In this document: positions 26,995-38,671 of the stretch, piece by piece
Layout: each line of letters begins with the position of its first letter
Numbering within the stretch: the first letter of the stretch is position 1
DNA from: Octopus sinensis
Lineage: Eukaryota
Length of the DNA: 64,000 nucleotides
Assembly (NCBI RefSeq): GCF_006345805.1
Contig: NC_043004.1
Span: forward strand, 89,652,001-89,716,000
Direction of reading: 5' to 3'
The notes under the pieces: generated by a model
The model's input: only the letters and a program-made list of their open reading frames with translations
The model's database searches: none
Told to the model about the DNA's origin: nothing
Translations under genes and position numbers: made by a program

Positions 26995-27032
26995 TCTTTC
27001 TGTTGAAGAGCGTAGGCTCGAAACGTAAAAGA
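26995..27032 (+). ncRNA. Minimal PLE-type hammerhead-like motif with an A6U core mutation
   Basis: TCTTT-CTGTTGA-A-GAGC(GTAG)GCTC-GAAA-CGT-A-AAAGA: helix I 5 bp, helix II 4 bp, palindromic ACGT helix III. Confidence 0.55.
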
Positions 27033-28091
27033 CTTGTTTTATTTCTATTCCTGGGCGCCATACTAATACAATTGTTTGTTTGTACTCCACCTGCCTTCGT
27101 CTTTTGTTTATTTTCGTAAGCTTCCCGTTATATATATATATATATATATATATATAAGAATGAATGTTTTTTATATATAATGAACGTGAAATACAGGAAG
27201 GGACGAACACGGAACACAGACAAATCATTCGAAGCCTTCAATCTTCAGTCAGACACCGAATCATCATAGCAAATTTCGGCTGTTCAATTCTGATATTTGC
27301 TCCAACTCGGCCAGCCCCAAGAAAAAAACTAAGCTGTAAGCATTAGATTTCTTGGTAGAAGACAGGAATGTGAACGCACAAGACGGATGTGAATACAAGA
27401 GACGAAAACGAAATTGAAAACAGTAATGAATAAACAAAATATATATAACGGTGGTTGTCATACGACTTTAGACCAAATGAGACAAAAACAACAACAACAA
27501 CATAGCTGGCGTAGAAATAATTACCGTTTCGGTAGCGGGGACACATGTTGGTCGAGATACGAAGGCCAACAGAATGGTTTAAGAAGCAGCAGGTCGCAGG
27601 AGAGAGAGAAAGAGAGACAGAGAGAGAGGGAATCAAAGAGGGTGGAAGGCAGGGGACAGAATCAGTGACCAAGAGAAAAGGAGAAAGAAGGGATTAAGGA
27701 GGATGGGAGGAAGAGGGGAGGAGGATGGGAGGAAGAGAGGGGAAGAATCGGAGGGCGCCAAAAAGTTTGGTGAAGAAGCAATGGCGGGTAGGAAAATAGT
27801 TAATCCAAACAAGAAAGCACAAAAAACACAACAACGCGAGGACGTGGAACAAATATAGTATTATTGGACGCCCAGGAAAGAAGGAAAGAAGGAGGGTTTA
27901 ACGTTTCGAGCGGAGCTCTTCGTCGGAAACATAGGAGAAGGAAAGATCCAGAGTAGGGAAGACAGAGGAAAAAAAATCGCCAACGGTACACACGCGTCAC
28001 ATCTTGCAGTCTCCTCGTTCTGCTTTCCTCACTATCTTTACATTTCTCTTTCTTGCTCTTCTTTCTCTCTGCTTTCTTCACTGCCTTTACA

Positions 28092-28129
<38 letters not shown>

Positions 28130-28459
28130 GGGCGCGGTCTCTCTCCCTTTCCATCTCTCTCTCTCTGCCTTCTTCATTACTCGCTCTCTCTTTTCTCTCT
28201 CTGCACATCTGTCTCTACCTCTTCCAAACCTTTTTTCTTCCTTATCTCAACAACATGGACCTCAGCAAAACCAACTACACCAAAGACAGTATAAACTTCA
28301 AAATACAGGGTAACTGGCTGTTTGAGGCAATTAAGGCAATGCTACTCGCATGAAGCCTCGCAGAAGGATCACCGCCAAAAACTCTAATTGCAGAAACCTT
28401 GAAGAGCTTTGATTTTTGCCGAGAGCAAAAAGAATGAGGTCATTCATATGCCTTAATTC

Positions 28460-29060
28460 TATCGAATATGGAGTTACTAGACAAAATATTTAAATAGGAG
28501 TCGAAAACACAAAAGGGTGAAAAAGAAACCAGTATCTCAATGGAATCCGAGAAGGGTCAGGATGTTGTTGTGAGGGAAGAACAAAGCAAAACAGATATCA
28601 CCACTGGACAACTGAGAGTATCAGGAGAAGATCAACAGAGCAAAGTTCACCAGGAGAAATAAAAGAAGTAAAAGATGTGCAGAGGAGAACAACAGCAATA
28701 AAGTGAAAGTCTTCCGGGAGAAGCCAAAGATGAAGACGAAGACACAAGCAGGCAGGCAAGCTGAGAATGGATATGGGCCTAAGGTGGGAGCAGAAACAAA
28801 AGGAAAACGAATTAGAACTTGCGAATACAAAGGTTCTGGTAAAAAGAAAGTTCAACCAGTCTGGAAGTTCTATGTAAAGGGTGCCTGCTGGCATAGAGAC
28901 ACTTACGTGAACGGTACTCGTTTCACCCCAAAGCAAGGAAAAACTGTCCTCAAGGACACAGGGCCAGGTTACAAGATACGATGCCACTACCATGAAACTG
29001 CTAATACGAGAAAACAAACTGTGGTTGAAGTGCGGACAGTAGCTGCTCAACAACGGGTTT
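28460..29060 (+). pseudogene. Decayed retroelement ORF1-like fragment with a degenerate CCCH-like motif
   Basis: 'QPVWKFYVKGACWHRD' resembles C.FY.KG.C.H.D zinc fingers; lysine-rich; stops present. Confidence 0.3.
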
Positions 29061-29425
29061 TTTTTGGAAATGACACATTCATAATAATTTTTCTATCGTC
29101 TTGGCTTAACAGCCCTCACCGGTTTTCTTTTACTGTCTTATTCCCACTGTCCTGTTCTTGTTACCACTTTCACCCTCCGCAAAAAATCTCAAATTTTAGT
29201 TAATTTGCTTTGCGGGAAGGACTGTTTCAACGAAGTCGCGTATTGTTCTTGCCTTCAACACGCGTAGTTGATGAAACAGGGACAAATGATGAAGGAGAAT
29301 ATTCTTTATGTTGCATGTCTCGTTTCTCATTGTGTTCAACGTTTTTTTTTATGTCCTGTACCCATATATGCATATATATATACATATATATGTAAGTATA
29401 TATGTATATATGCAAATATATATAT

Positions 29426-29732
29426 GTGGAGGCGCAATGGCCCAGTGGTTAGGGCAGCGGACTGACGGTCAGAGGATCGCGGTTTCGATTCCCAGACCGT
29501 GCGTTGTATGTCTTTATTGAGCGAAAACAGACAGAAAACACGAGGCTCCGGCAGGGGGTGGTGGCGACCCCTGCTGTACTCTTTCGCCGCAACTTTCTCT
29601 CACTCTTTCTTCTGTTGGCCTGCTCGCTTAGCCAACGGGGTGGCGTCATTTGAAGGCTAAAACAATGCGAAGCGCATTGTGACCAGCGATGTGTAGCAAT
29701 ATCTGATAGCCTGGTCGGTCACGTGGTCACGT

Positions 29733-29734
<2 letters not shown>
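29426..29734 (+). mobile_element. SINE with family B tRNA(Arg)-like head and a different 3' tail, inserted in (TA)n
   Basis: Head closely similar to 7455; diverges from it after ~29590. Confidence 0.8.
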
Positions 29735-29809
<75 letters not shown>

Positions 29810-29926
29810 ATGAAGCATTGTTAGGATATATTATATAAAATTCGTGGGTAACACTGGAATAATGCGAAATAAATCCCAGGTAAATCACAAGAAAAGAGGC
29901 ATTTGAATGAATGGTGACTTACCCTG

Positions 29927-30670
29927 CAATCAATATTTCTGGGTTATGACCCTCTCTTCAGGAATTAGCGAATGTTGCAGATGTACATCTGTGTGAATAT
30001 GTGGGGAGTGGACATGCGCAGAAGGTTTTGTTATAGCAACCAGTTAGCTTCACGTAACTCTCTTCTTTTGTTGATAGTCGGCTTCCGTTAGTGTATTAAT
30101 ATGGCTTCGGAGATTCTAAGGTTGCGCTGTGTTGCCCCGATGTGCACTGTGGACTTTCGGGTCTGGCACTTTTGTAGATGTTTCTTCACCGAAGTGTCTG
30201 TCTGCATGTGTTCTTTTATGTGCATGTGTAATTTTCTTGTGCTTCCCATGTAGGGTGCCTCACATTTGCCGCAGCTGACCTCGTATACAACGTAGGTCCT
30301 CTGGCACATTTTGGAGTCTTTGATGGGGCAATTTGATAATGTACACTCCCTCCTCGATGTTGTGAAAGATGTTGTTCGTGTTCAGAACTTTTCTCAGGGA
30401 TGGATCGGTGTGTAATATCTGTATGTCGAGCCCCTCCCTGCAGACTGTATGTTTTATCGCAGCAGTAGTTCTGTCATCAAAATGTGGTAGCTTTAGGAAG
30501 TACACACCGGACTTAGGAGTATGAGGGTTCTTCCGGGATTTATTGACCCTGATGTTCTTTAGGTTTGGCTAAAGATGGTGGGTAGCCTTTCAGGATTAGA
30601 TCTCTGAGGAACTGCTTGGTGTTGGTGACTTTGTCGGTCACTTCGCTGCATTTGTTGCTTATTCGTGCAA
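29927..30670 (-). mobile_element. Penelope-like element 3' part (GIY-YIG endonuclease) ending in a degenerate hammerhead-like motif
   Basis: ORF 'VVYEVSCGKCEAPYMGSTRKLHMHIKEH...LRISEAILI' is GIY-YIG-like; minus-strand CTGAAGA-GA-GGG(TCATAA)CCC-A-GAAATATT at 29927-29968. Confidence 0.8.
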
Positions 30671-31054
30671 TCTCATTTCTCACGTATATATAGGCTTAAA
30701 AAAAGCCCTCAATGTTGGTTTCCTTGTCCTGTTTTTATTGTTTATGTGTACTGTATTTTTATTTGTATTGTTTTTACGTGCTGTTCTTGTCACTTTTTTT
30801 TCTTTTTTTACCCCTCTGCAAAAGAATTTTATTTAATTCATTTTGCAGGAAGGATTGCTTGGGCCGGATCGTGTTCTGCCCTTACCTTCGAAACACGCAT
30901 TGAGTCGAACCTGGGCAGCTGATGAAGGGAAATATTCCTTGTATTGTTTATCTTGTACTCTGTTTTTTCGTTGTTAAAAAAAGTCCGTTTCTTTGTTTGT
31001 TTATATGTTTTCGTTTCTCGTTGTGTTCTACGTTTATTTGTGGTGTCTTGTACT

Positions 31055-31088
<34 letters not shown>

Positions 31089-31168
31089 GCATGTATATAT
31101 ACATATAGATGTAGGTATGTACATATATGTATGTATGTATGCATATGTTTTATTTGTTAAATTGTTAT

Positions 31169-31237
<69 letters not shown>

Positions 31238-31423
31238 CTAAGCAATAAAGGGTTTAGCAACGAATTGCCTTACCACATACCGAATTTAGAAATAGCAGTC
31301 AAAGAGTTATAGCTATTTCTTCTACTAAAAAGGGAGATCTCAGTAAAAACAGCAATTGGAAGGCAGACACAAACAGGTAAGAGAGAATGAATTGACGGCA
31401 ATCTATCATACAATTTTAAGTTA

Positions 31424-31524
31424 TCTACGGACGCACGTTTCGAAATCAAGTTTTTAGGCAAGCATAAGAATTAAATATTAAATAATTCTATCTTACCAAA
31501 AACTTCTTTTCTCTTCAGCGTAGA
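31424..31524 (-). ncRNA. Type I hammerhead ribozyme (monomer A1, helix III variant ACGUGCGU)
   Basis: Minus strand: TCTACG-CTGAAGA-G...C-GAAA-CGTGCGT-C-CGTAGA. Confidence 0.85.
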
Positions 31525-32018
31525 ATACTATAATCATAAATGATTATATATTGAATTTTGAGATACTAGAAGGCACCAACTCAACTCAGTATCAGAGCGA
31601 GCTAGAATCCGCAACTAGTATCACCAAATTCAATGTGTGAATGGAAAGATTGTGTCACCAGCCCCTTCCCACCCGCGTGTAGCCAAAACAAGATGCTGTG
31701 GTCATCTACTGAGATAAAATATGGTTATCCGTAATAATGAAGGGTGAAATTAATTAATTTGGAATAATTATCAATTACACCAAGTAGTCTTCGGCATGTA
31801 AAAGCCTCATTCGAGGAAAATTTAAGTAATACTAAGCAATAAAGGGTTTAGCAACGAATTGCCTTACCACATACCGAATTTAGAAATAGCAGTCAAAGAG
31901 TTATAGCTATTTCTTCTACTAAAAGGGGATCTCAGTAAAAACAGCAATTGGAAGGCAGACACAAACAGGTAAGAGAGAATGAATTGACGGCAATCTATCA
32001 TCATACAATTTTAAGTTA

Positions 32019-32119
32019 TCTACGGACGTACGTTTCGAAATCAAGTTTTTAGGAAAGCATAAGAATTAAATATTAAATAATTCTATCTTACCAAAAACTT
32101 CTTTTCTCTTCAGCGTAGA
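32019..32119 (-). ncRNA. Type I hammerhead ribozyme (monomer A2)
   Basis: Minus strand: TCTACG-CTGAAGA-G...C-GAAA-CGTACGT-C-CGTAGA; 595 nt from the A1 cleavage site. Confidence 0.88.
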
Positions 32120-32535
32120 ATACTATAATCATAAATGATTATATATTGAATTTTGAGATACTAGAAGGCACCAACTCAACTCAGTATCAGAGCGAGCTAG
32201 AATCCGCAACTAGTGTCACCAAATTCAATGTGTGAATGGAAAGATTGTGTCACCAGCCCCTTCCCACCCGCGTGTAGCCAAAACAAGATGCTGTGGTCAT
32301 CTACTGAGATAAAATATGGTTATCCGTAATAATGAAGGGTGAAATTAATTAATTTGGAATAATTATCAATTACACCAAGTAGTCTTCGGCATGTAAAAGC
32401 CTCATTCGAGGAAAATTTAAGTAATACTAAGCAATAAAGGGTTTAGCAACGAATTTAGCTCGCTCTGATACTGAGTTGAGTTGGTGCCTTCTAGTATCTC
32501 AAAATTCAATATATAATCATTTATGATTATAGTAT

Positions 32536-32636
32536 TCTACGCTGAAGAGAAAAGAAGTTTTTGGTAAGATAGAATTATTTAATATTTAATTCTTATGCTT
32601 TCCTAAAAACTTGATTTCGAAACGTACGTCCGTAGA
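32536..32636 (+). ncRNA. Type I hammerhead ribozyme (inverted arm, copy A3)
   Basis: Helix I TCTACG 32536-41 / CGTAGA 32631-36; CTGAAGA 32542-48; helix II G32549-C32618 (GAAA/TTTC, AAGTTTTT/AAAAACTT, AGAATTA/TAATTCT); GAAA 32619-22; ACGTACGT; GUC cleavage after 32630. Confidence 0.9.
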
Positions 32637-33129
32637 TAACTTAAAATTGTATGATAGATTGCCGTCAATTCATTCTCTCTTACCTGTTTGTGTCTGCCTT
32701 CCAATTGCTGTTTTTACTGAGATCTCCCTTTTTAGTAGAAGAAATAGCTATAACTCTTTGACTGCTATTTCTAAATTCGGTATGTGGTAAGGCAATTCGT
32801 TGCTAAACCCTTTATTGCTTAGTATTACTTAAATTTTCCTCGAATGAGGCTTTTACATGCCGAAGGCTACTTGGTGTAATTGATAATTATTCCAAATTAA
32901 TTAATTTCACCCTTCATTATTACGGATAACCATATTTTATCTCAGTAGATGACCACAGCATCTTGTTTTGGCTACACGCGGGGGGGAAGGGGCTGGTGAC
33001 ACAATCTTTCCATTCACACATTGAATTTGGTGATACTAGTTGCGGATTCTAGCTCGCTCTGATACTGAGTTGAGTTGGTGCCTTCTAGTATCTCAAAATT
33101 CAATATATAATCATTTATGATTATAGTAT

Positions 33130-33229
33130 TCTACGCTGAAGAGAAAAGAAGTTTTTGGTAAGATAGAATTATTTAATATTTAATCTTATGCTTTCCTAAA
33201 AACTTGATTTCGAAACGTACGTCCGTAGA
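33130..33229 (+). ncRNA. Type I hammerhead ribozyme (inverted arm, copy A4)
   Basis: Same core; predicted cleavage after 33223, 593 nt downstream of the A3 site. Confidence 0.88.
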
Positions 33230-33521
33230 TAACTTAAAATTATATGATAGATTGCCGTCAATTCATTCTCTCTTACCTGTTTGTGTCTGCCTTCCAATTG
33301 CTTTTTTACTGAGATCTCCCTTTTTAGTAGAAGAAGAAATAGCTATAACTCTTTGACTGCTATTTCTAAATTCGGTATGTGGTAAGGCAATTCGTTGCTA
33401 AACCCTTTATTGCTTAGTATTACTTAAATTTTCCTCGAATGAGGCTTTTACATGCCGAAGACTACTTGGTGTAATTGATAATTATTCCAAATTAATTAAT
33501 TTCACCCTTCATTATTACGGA

Positions 33522-33645
<124 letters not shown>

Positions 33646-33971
33646 AAGAAGTAAGGACCTAAATCCTTCAAAGAGATATTAAAGATCCATGTTCGCAGGT
33701 TCAATCTAAAGCAAAGAATATATATAAATATATACATTCAATATTGGTGCAATAAATAAAACATAAAAAGGAAAAATAGAAGTGTAGATGTTACTTTTCG
33801 GTTTTTGATCGATCTGGCGTTCTGTTAATGTCTTTCTATCGTAATTTAATTGATTGTTCCTTTCTGGGCTATTGTAAAGGTCTTTATTTATTGGTAGAAC
33901 TCATTCATTCCAATAACGAATTCCTGAGGAAAAGCCTAATTTGTGATTTCAAGAGGATTATATTTCGTTTT

Positions 33972-34406
33972 AATGTAAAGTATAATAGCCATCTCAATAT
34001 GGCTAACCACAAAGGGTGGGTGTTACTGTAGCTTTTAGCCCCAGGAGATCATCATCTCCAGCTGGCTTTAGGCACACTTTCTGTGCCCTTATGGTATTTG
34101 CAAAGGTAGGTCATTACATGACGGAAGTTACTAGAAAAACACTTAAGTATTTGCATACAAGGTCTTCCTTTTCATCGTAAACCGGTGATTACCGCCCGTT
34201 GACAAGAGGCAACTACCTCGAAACTGCGGTCCGTGCGTATCACTTAGGCTTACGAGAAAGGGATGACATTCCCTTTGCAAATACCATAAGGGCACAGATA
34301 GTGTGCTTAAAGCCAGCTGGAGACGATGATCTCCTGGGGCTAAAAGCTACACTAACACCCACCCTTTGTGGTTAGCCATATTGAGATGGCTATTATACTT
34401 TACATT
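33972..34406. mobile_element. Fold-back/MITE with ~135-bp terminal inverted repeats
   Basis: aatgtaaagtataatagccatctcaatatggctaacc...tttgcaaagg and its reverse complement at the right end; related copy at 42686-42982. Confidence 0.88.
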
Positions 34407-34619
34407 GTCGAGCGGTTACTGTTTACATCTCGATCAGAGATTTATTATTGCGTATATTTCGTTTTGTTTTTGAATTAATTCAGCCTGGAAACAACCTGTA
34501 GAGTTTTTATTGGATATATGTACCAACTTGAAATGATGTAACGTCTACACTTCTATTTTCCCTTTCCTTTTTATGCCTTATATGTGGGTGTGTGTATTAT
34601 AACCCCTTCCTTAACTCCT

Positions 34620-35211
34620 TAAATGACTATACGATCAGTATTAAACAGTCACCCAACCTACACATCCTCGCAGACAAAACAAAAAAATTTTATGAAACAA
34701 ACACTTTCACACATTGAAGACTCCTCATTAGCGCCATCACCGAAACATACAAAAATACCCGTAATTCAACATACAATGACATAAACACAGAAACAAAGGA
34801 GCTAGCTACCCGCCTTAAGATAGAGGATCGTGTGGACCGCCTCGCCAAGTGACTTTCCCTTCATATTACACTTAAAGACCATAAGCCTAATTTCCATTCC
34901 AACCCAAAATGCAAGCTGATCAACCCCTTCAAAAGCGAGATGGGTATCATTGGCAAGCGCATCCTCACATTCCAACCCAAAATATAGACTGATCAACCCC
35001 TTCAAAAGCGAGATAGGTATCATTGGCAAGCGCATTTTCGATACTATCAACCCCGATATTAGAAGGGCTACAGGGCTGACTCACTGGAACTCCAGCGCAG
35101 ATGTGATCGACTGTATCGATAATAAATCAGCCTGCAAATTCACCCAGTTCGACATTGTTGACTTTCACCCTGCCACATCTAATCCTTTCCTTCTGAAGGC
35201 CCTAACTTTTT
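34620..35211 (+). mobile_element. Penelope-like RT fragment with an internal tandem duplication
   Basis: [25 protein letters not shown]...FTQFDIVDFHP; the [18 protein letters not shown] segment is duplicated. Confidence 0.85.
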
Positions 35212-35850
35212 TGTTATGATGTTTTATTGTGATTACGGATTTCTGGCATCAGCATTTAACAACTATCAATTCACCAATACCTAATTCCGATATCTCTTCT
35301 CAAATAACTTCTAGCGACTGTTTTTACCATGTCTACACGTACCACACTGTTTTTGTATCTCCAGCACGCATGCGTTCTTATACAATTTAGAACAGTTCAT
35401 TCACGGGAGTGTTTGGATTCCACCACAACATCTCCCCTTTTTAAGTTTGACTTTCTCTGAGAGTTAATACTTTTATTTATTACTACCTTTCTCCCCCACC
35501 TTTTTTATTTTTACTTCCTCGGGGAGAAATTGGAATATTTTTTTCTTTTTGGTTCAATTTTCAGCATTTCCGTCCGTTTTCTTTTCCTACGCTGGTTCAA
35601 CCGTTTCTTGCGGTATCGGAACATCAAACAATTCTTCCTGCCTTATTTTTTCTTTTGTAAATCTTTTTTTTTTATTTCGTTCAGATGTCTCTTGTGTTCC
35701 CACGTATGCCCTTTTATCATATATGTTATTCTTCCTAAACGTTTGGTTATCTTTTTCTTCTTCCCAACTTTCTTTGTCATTTTTATATTTTTTAAAAAAC
35801 ACTGTCACCTATATTTATAAACACATCTTTCTCTGCTTTAATTTTTAATT
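35212..35850 (-). mobile_element. LTR-retrotransposon 3' remnant: 219-bp LTR (35212-35430), PPT and internal fragment
   Basis: TGTT...AACA termini; minus-strand polypurine tract aaaagggggaga (35431-35442) abuts the LTR. Confidence 0.6.
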
Positions 35851-35920
35851 CGTCTAAGTGACCGATAGTGCGTGCACTACATTGCAGAATATATATATTT
35901 TTTATTTCTGTTTCGAAATA

Positions 35921-36089
35921 TATACGACGGGCTTCTTTTCAGTTTCCGTCTACCAAATCCACTCACAAGGCTTTGGTCGGCCTGAGGCTATAGTAGAAGA
36001 CACTTGCCCAAGGTGCCACGCAGTGGGACTGAACCCGGTCCCATGTGGTTGGTAAACAAGCTACTTACCACACAGCCACTCCTGTGCCT
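35921..36089 (-). mobile_element. SINE family A, head only
   Basis: Homology to 284-450. Confidence 0.8.
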
Positions 36090-37160
36090 ATTATATATAT
36101 TATATTATATATTATATATATATTATATATATATAATATATATATAATATAATATAATATAATATAATATAAATATATTGGGCAACAGACACGAACACAC
36201 ATACACACACGTACGTACGTACACCTATTGCATGTTTTGTGCACGCATACATGTTCATAAACAGAAATGAATGGAAAAAATGTTAAATTTGTAAGATTAA
36301 CACTCGCACACAATTTTCACTAAGAAAAAAAATCGTTTTTTTTTTGCGTGGAATCAACTACTCTGGCATCGTAATATGCTACAAAACCCTTTTTGTAGTC
36401 CGTGAAACGGAGTGGGGTGTGGTGGAAGCCTCGGAATTTGTACCCATTTATATTGTGTAATTCACTGACAAATTGTTACCTCTTTGTTCCTTTGTTGTTA
36501 AATAAATGGATTCTGAACAAAACACTTTTTTACTCGGTGTAAAATAAAAACAAAACTCTTTCACACCCAAAGTAATGTGAGAGAGAGAGAGAGAGAGAGA
36601 GAGGGGGTAGAAAGATGAACGATTTAAAATAAATAAATGATTTGAAATAAATATATTGTAATTGTTGTGTGAGAAAGTATATATACTATGATTATAAAAT
36701 ATAGTGTCTTTCAAAAACAAAAAAACAAAACATTTTACATTTTATTTTTTATGAACGACGTCACTTACTCTCTCTCTCTCCCTCTCTCACTTTGTCTTTC
36801 CCATGAAACTCTCTGCACCTCTTCCACTTTTCTTTATCTTATTCTTTTTTGTCAGACGCCGTCAAATAAGCTAAGGCTGAAAATAGATTTTTATCAACGT
36901 TGTCATTTACTCTCTCTCCCTCTCACACTTTGTCTTTCCCGCTTTTCTTTCTTTATTTTTTTTTTGTTAGACACTGTCAAAAAACAATGGCTGATATTTT
37001 TTATGGCTAAAAGCTATGGTTGAAAATAGAATTTTACGCTATCCGCGGGTGCCTCGGGAAAAAAATAAGTTGACAAAACCCAGATAGGATGTTGACGAAT
37101 GTCCTCCTAAAATTTGAGCAACATGCGTGCTAATTTGTGGATTAGCATAAACTACAATCA

Positions 37161-37197
<37 letters not shown>

Positions 37198-37229
37198 CTT
37201 GCCTTATATATATATATATATATAATTAA

Positions 37230-38460
37230 ATGATTGTGATCCTAAAGTAAGAATGGGGGAGTTAGATAAGGATTAAAATTTAGACATTTAGATTTGTGGT
37301 AGAATTTGAAGATATGAAAAAAGCTGTGGTTGCATGTGCTTAGGGCCTCATTATGTTTGTTTAGTAGTGTTGAAGAGTTGTGTTTTAATATGTGAAATGC
37401 CTCCTTCAGGCAAAACTTACAGGCTGAGCGTTGACCTTGGTAAGGAATCCCTGAATCTATTATGGACCGTGACAAAGTATAGGCTATATTTGTATTTTTG
37501 AGATGATGTATGTGATTGGCGAGTGTTGTAGATTTACTATGTTTATCGTATCTAAAAGAACTGAGACGAGCGGCATGTCGTTGTTTAAAATTTATGGTTG
37601 ATGCTATATGTATGGCAGTAGAATTGCATAATGTGTTAAGGACAGTGCATTTATAAATTACATTATATCTTCTACAATGGGTTTGTAATGGGCAAATGGC
37701 CCCAGGACGGCAGTTACAAGTGGGTGTATTTAGAGATTGTACTCAGGAATAGAGGAGGTAATATTGTCAGAGGAGAGATTAGAGAAGGGGGTAGAAAGAT
37801 CCAAACTATTAGTATTATTAATGTTATTATTACTATTATTGTTATTATTACTATTGTTGTTGTTAATTGTACTATTTGTAAGAGTGGTAGAGGTTGTGGT
37901 GCTGTTCCGAGTAGTGCTAGTAGGATGGGTTGGGTTGGGTTGGTTGTGGTAAGGGTTTCCGTGCTGGAGCTGTGTACATGTCGAGCGTTCGTCTATCTAG
38001 AGTTGTAACTATGTGAATTTTGATAGTAGATTGCAAGCTTTTGTTTATTAGAGACTGCTATGATAGATTCGAAGTTGGGTGGGGCGGAATATGATAGTTT
38101 CAGGGTGGATCTATTAAAGATAGAATAATATTTATGTTGACAAGGGAAGTTGAAGTCCAGTATTTTAAAGAAGGATTTAGCTAAGTTCTTAACGTTAAGT
38201 GAGAAGCGGGGTGTGTACCACAGAATAGAGCACCCGCCACTTTTATTTGAGTGTTTAGGAGTAGTGAGAATGGAGGGGGTAGCAAGCCTGTTGTTGTTAG
38301 CTGTTTTAGCTGTTTTAGTCTTTGACCCAGTGTTAAATGTATGAGTACGGGGTCCAAGTTGTCTAAGTGCGAGATCTAACGGGGTTCTATCAAAGTGTGT
38401 ATGTGGTCGGTTGTGATTCTGATAGTTGGTGTGTGTCTTTGTGATGTGATTTAAGATATG
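37230..38460 (-). mobile_element. Penelope-like element fragments (GIY-YIG C-terminus and N-terminal region)
   Basis: 'ACKFCLKEAFHILKHNSSTLLNKHNEALSTCNH' matches the PLE C-terminal C.LCL.E...I...LLN.R.E....C.H pattern. Confidence 0.75.
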
Positions 38461-38557
38461 TATTGTTTAAGCCTGGTGTTATGGATATATTTTATTTGTT
38501 GGGAGAAGCCCCTAATTCAACCTTTTTCATACATGCATACATACATACATACATACA

Positions 38558-38635
<78 letters not shown>

Positions 38636-38671
38636 GTATGTATATAATTTATTTAAAAGCAGCAGAAATTC

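Noticed and set aside
31270-31461. 63-aa ORF 'MPKNLISKRAS...' in the retrozyme monomer
   Set aside because: It is short, its start depends on a variant private to copy A1, and indels among copies break the frame.
32717-32755. Possible second hammerhead in the monomer (CTGAGA...GAAATAGCTATA)
   Set aside because: N7 is missing, no helix I forms, and GAAATAGC instead pairs with downstream GCTATTTC.
32838-32866. CGAATGA-GGC...GCC-GAAG motif in the monomer
   Set aside because: A helix II-like stem is present, but U4/G5 and A15.1 are wrong and no helices I or III form.
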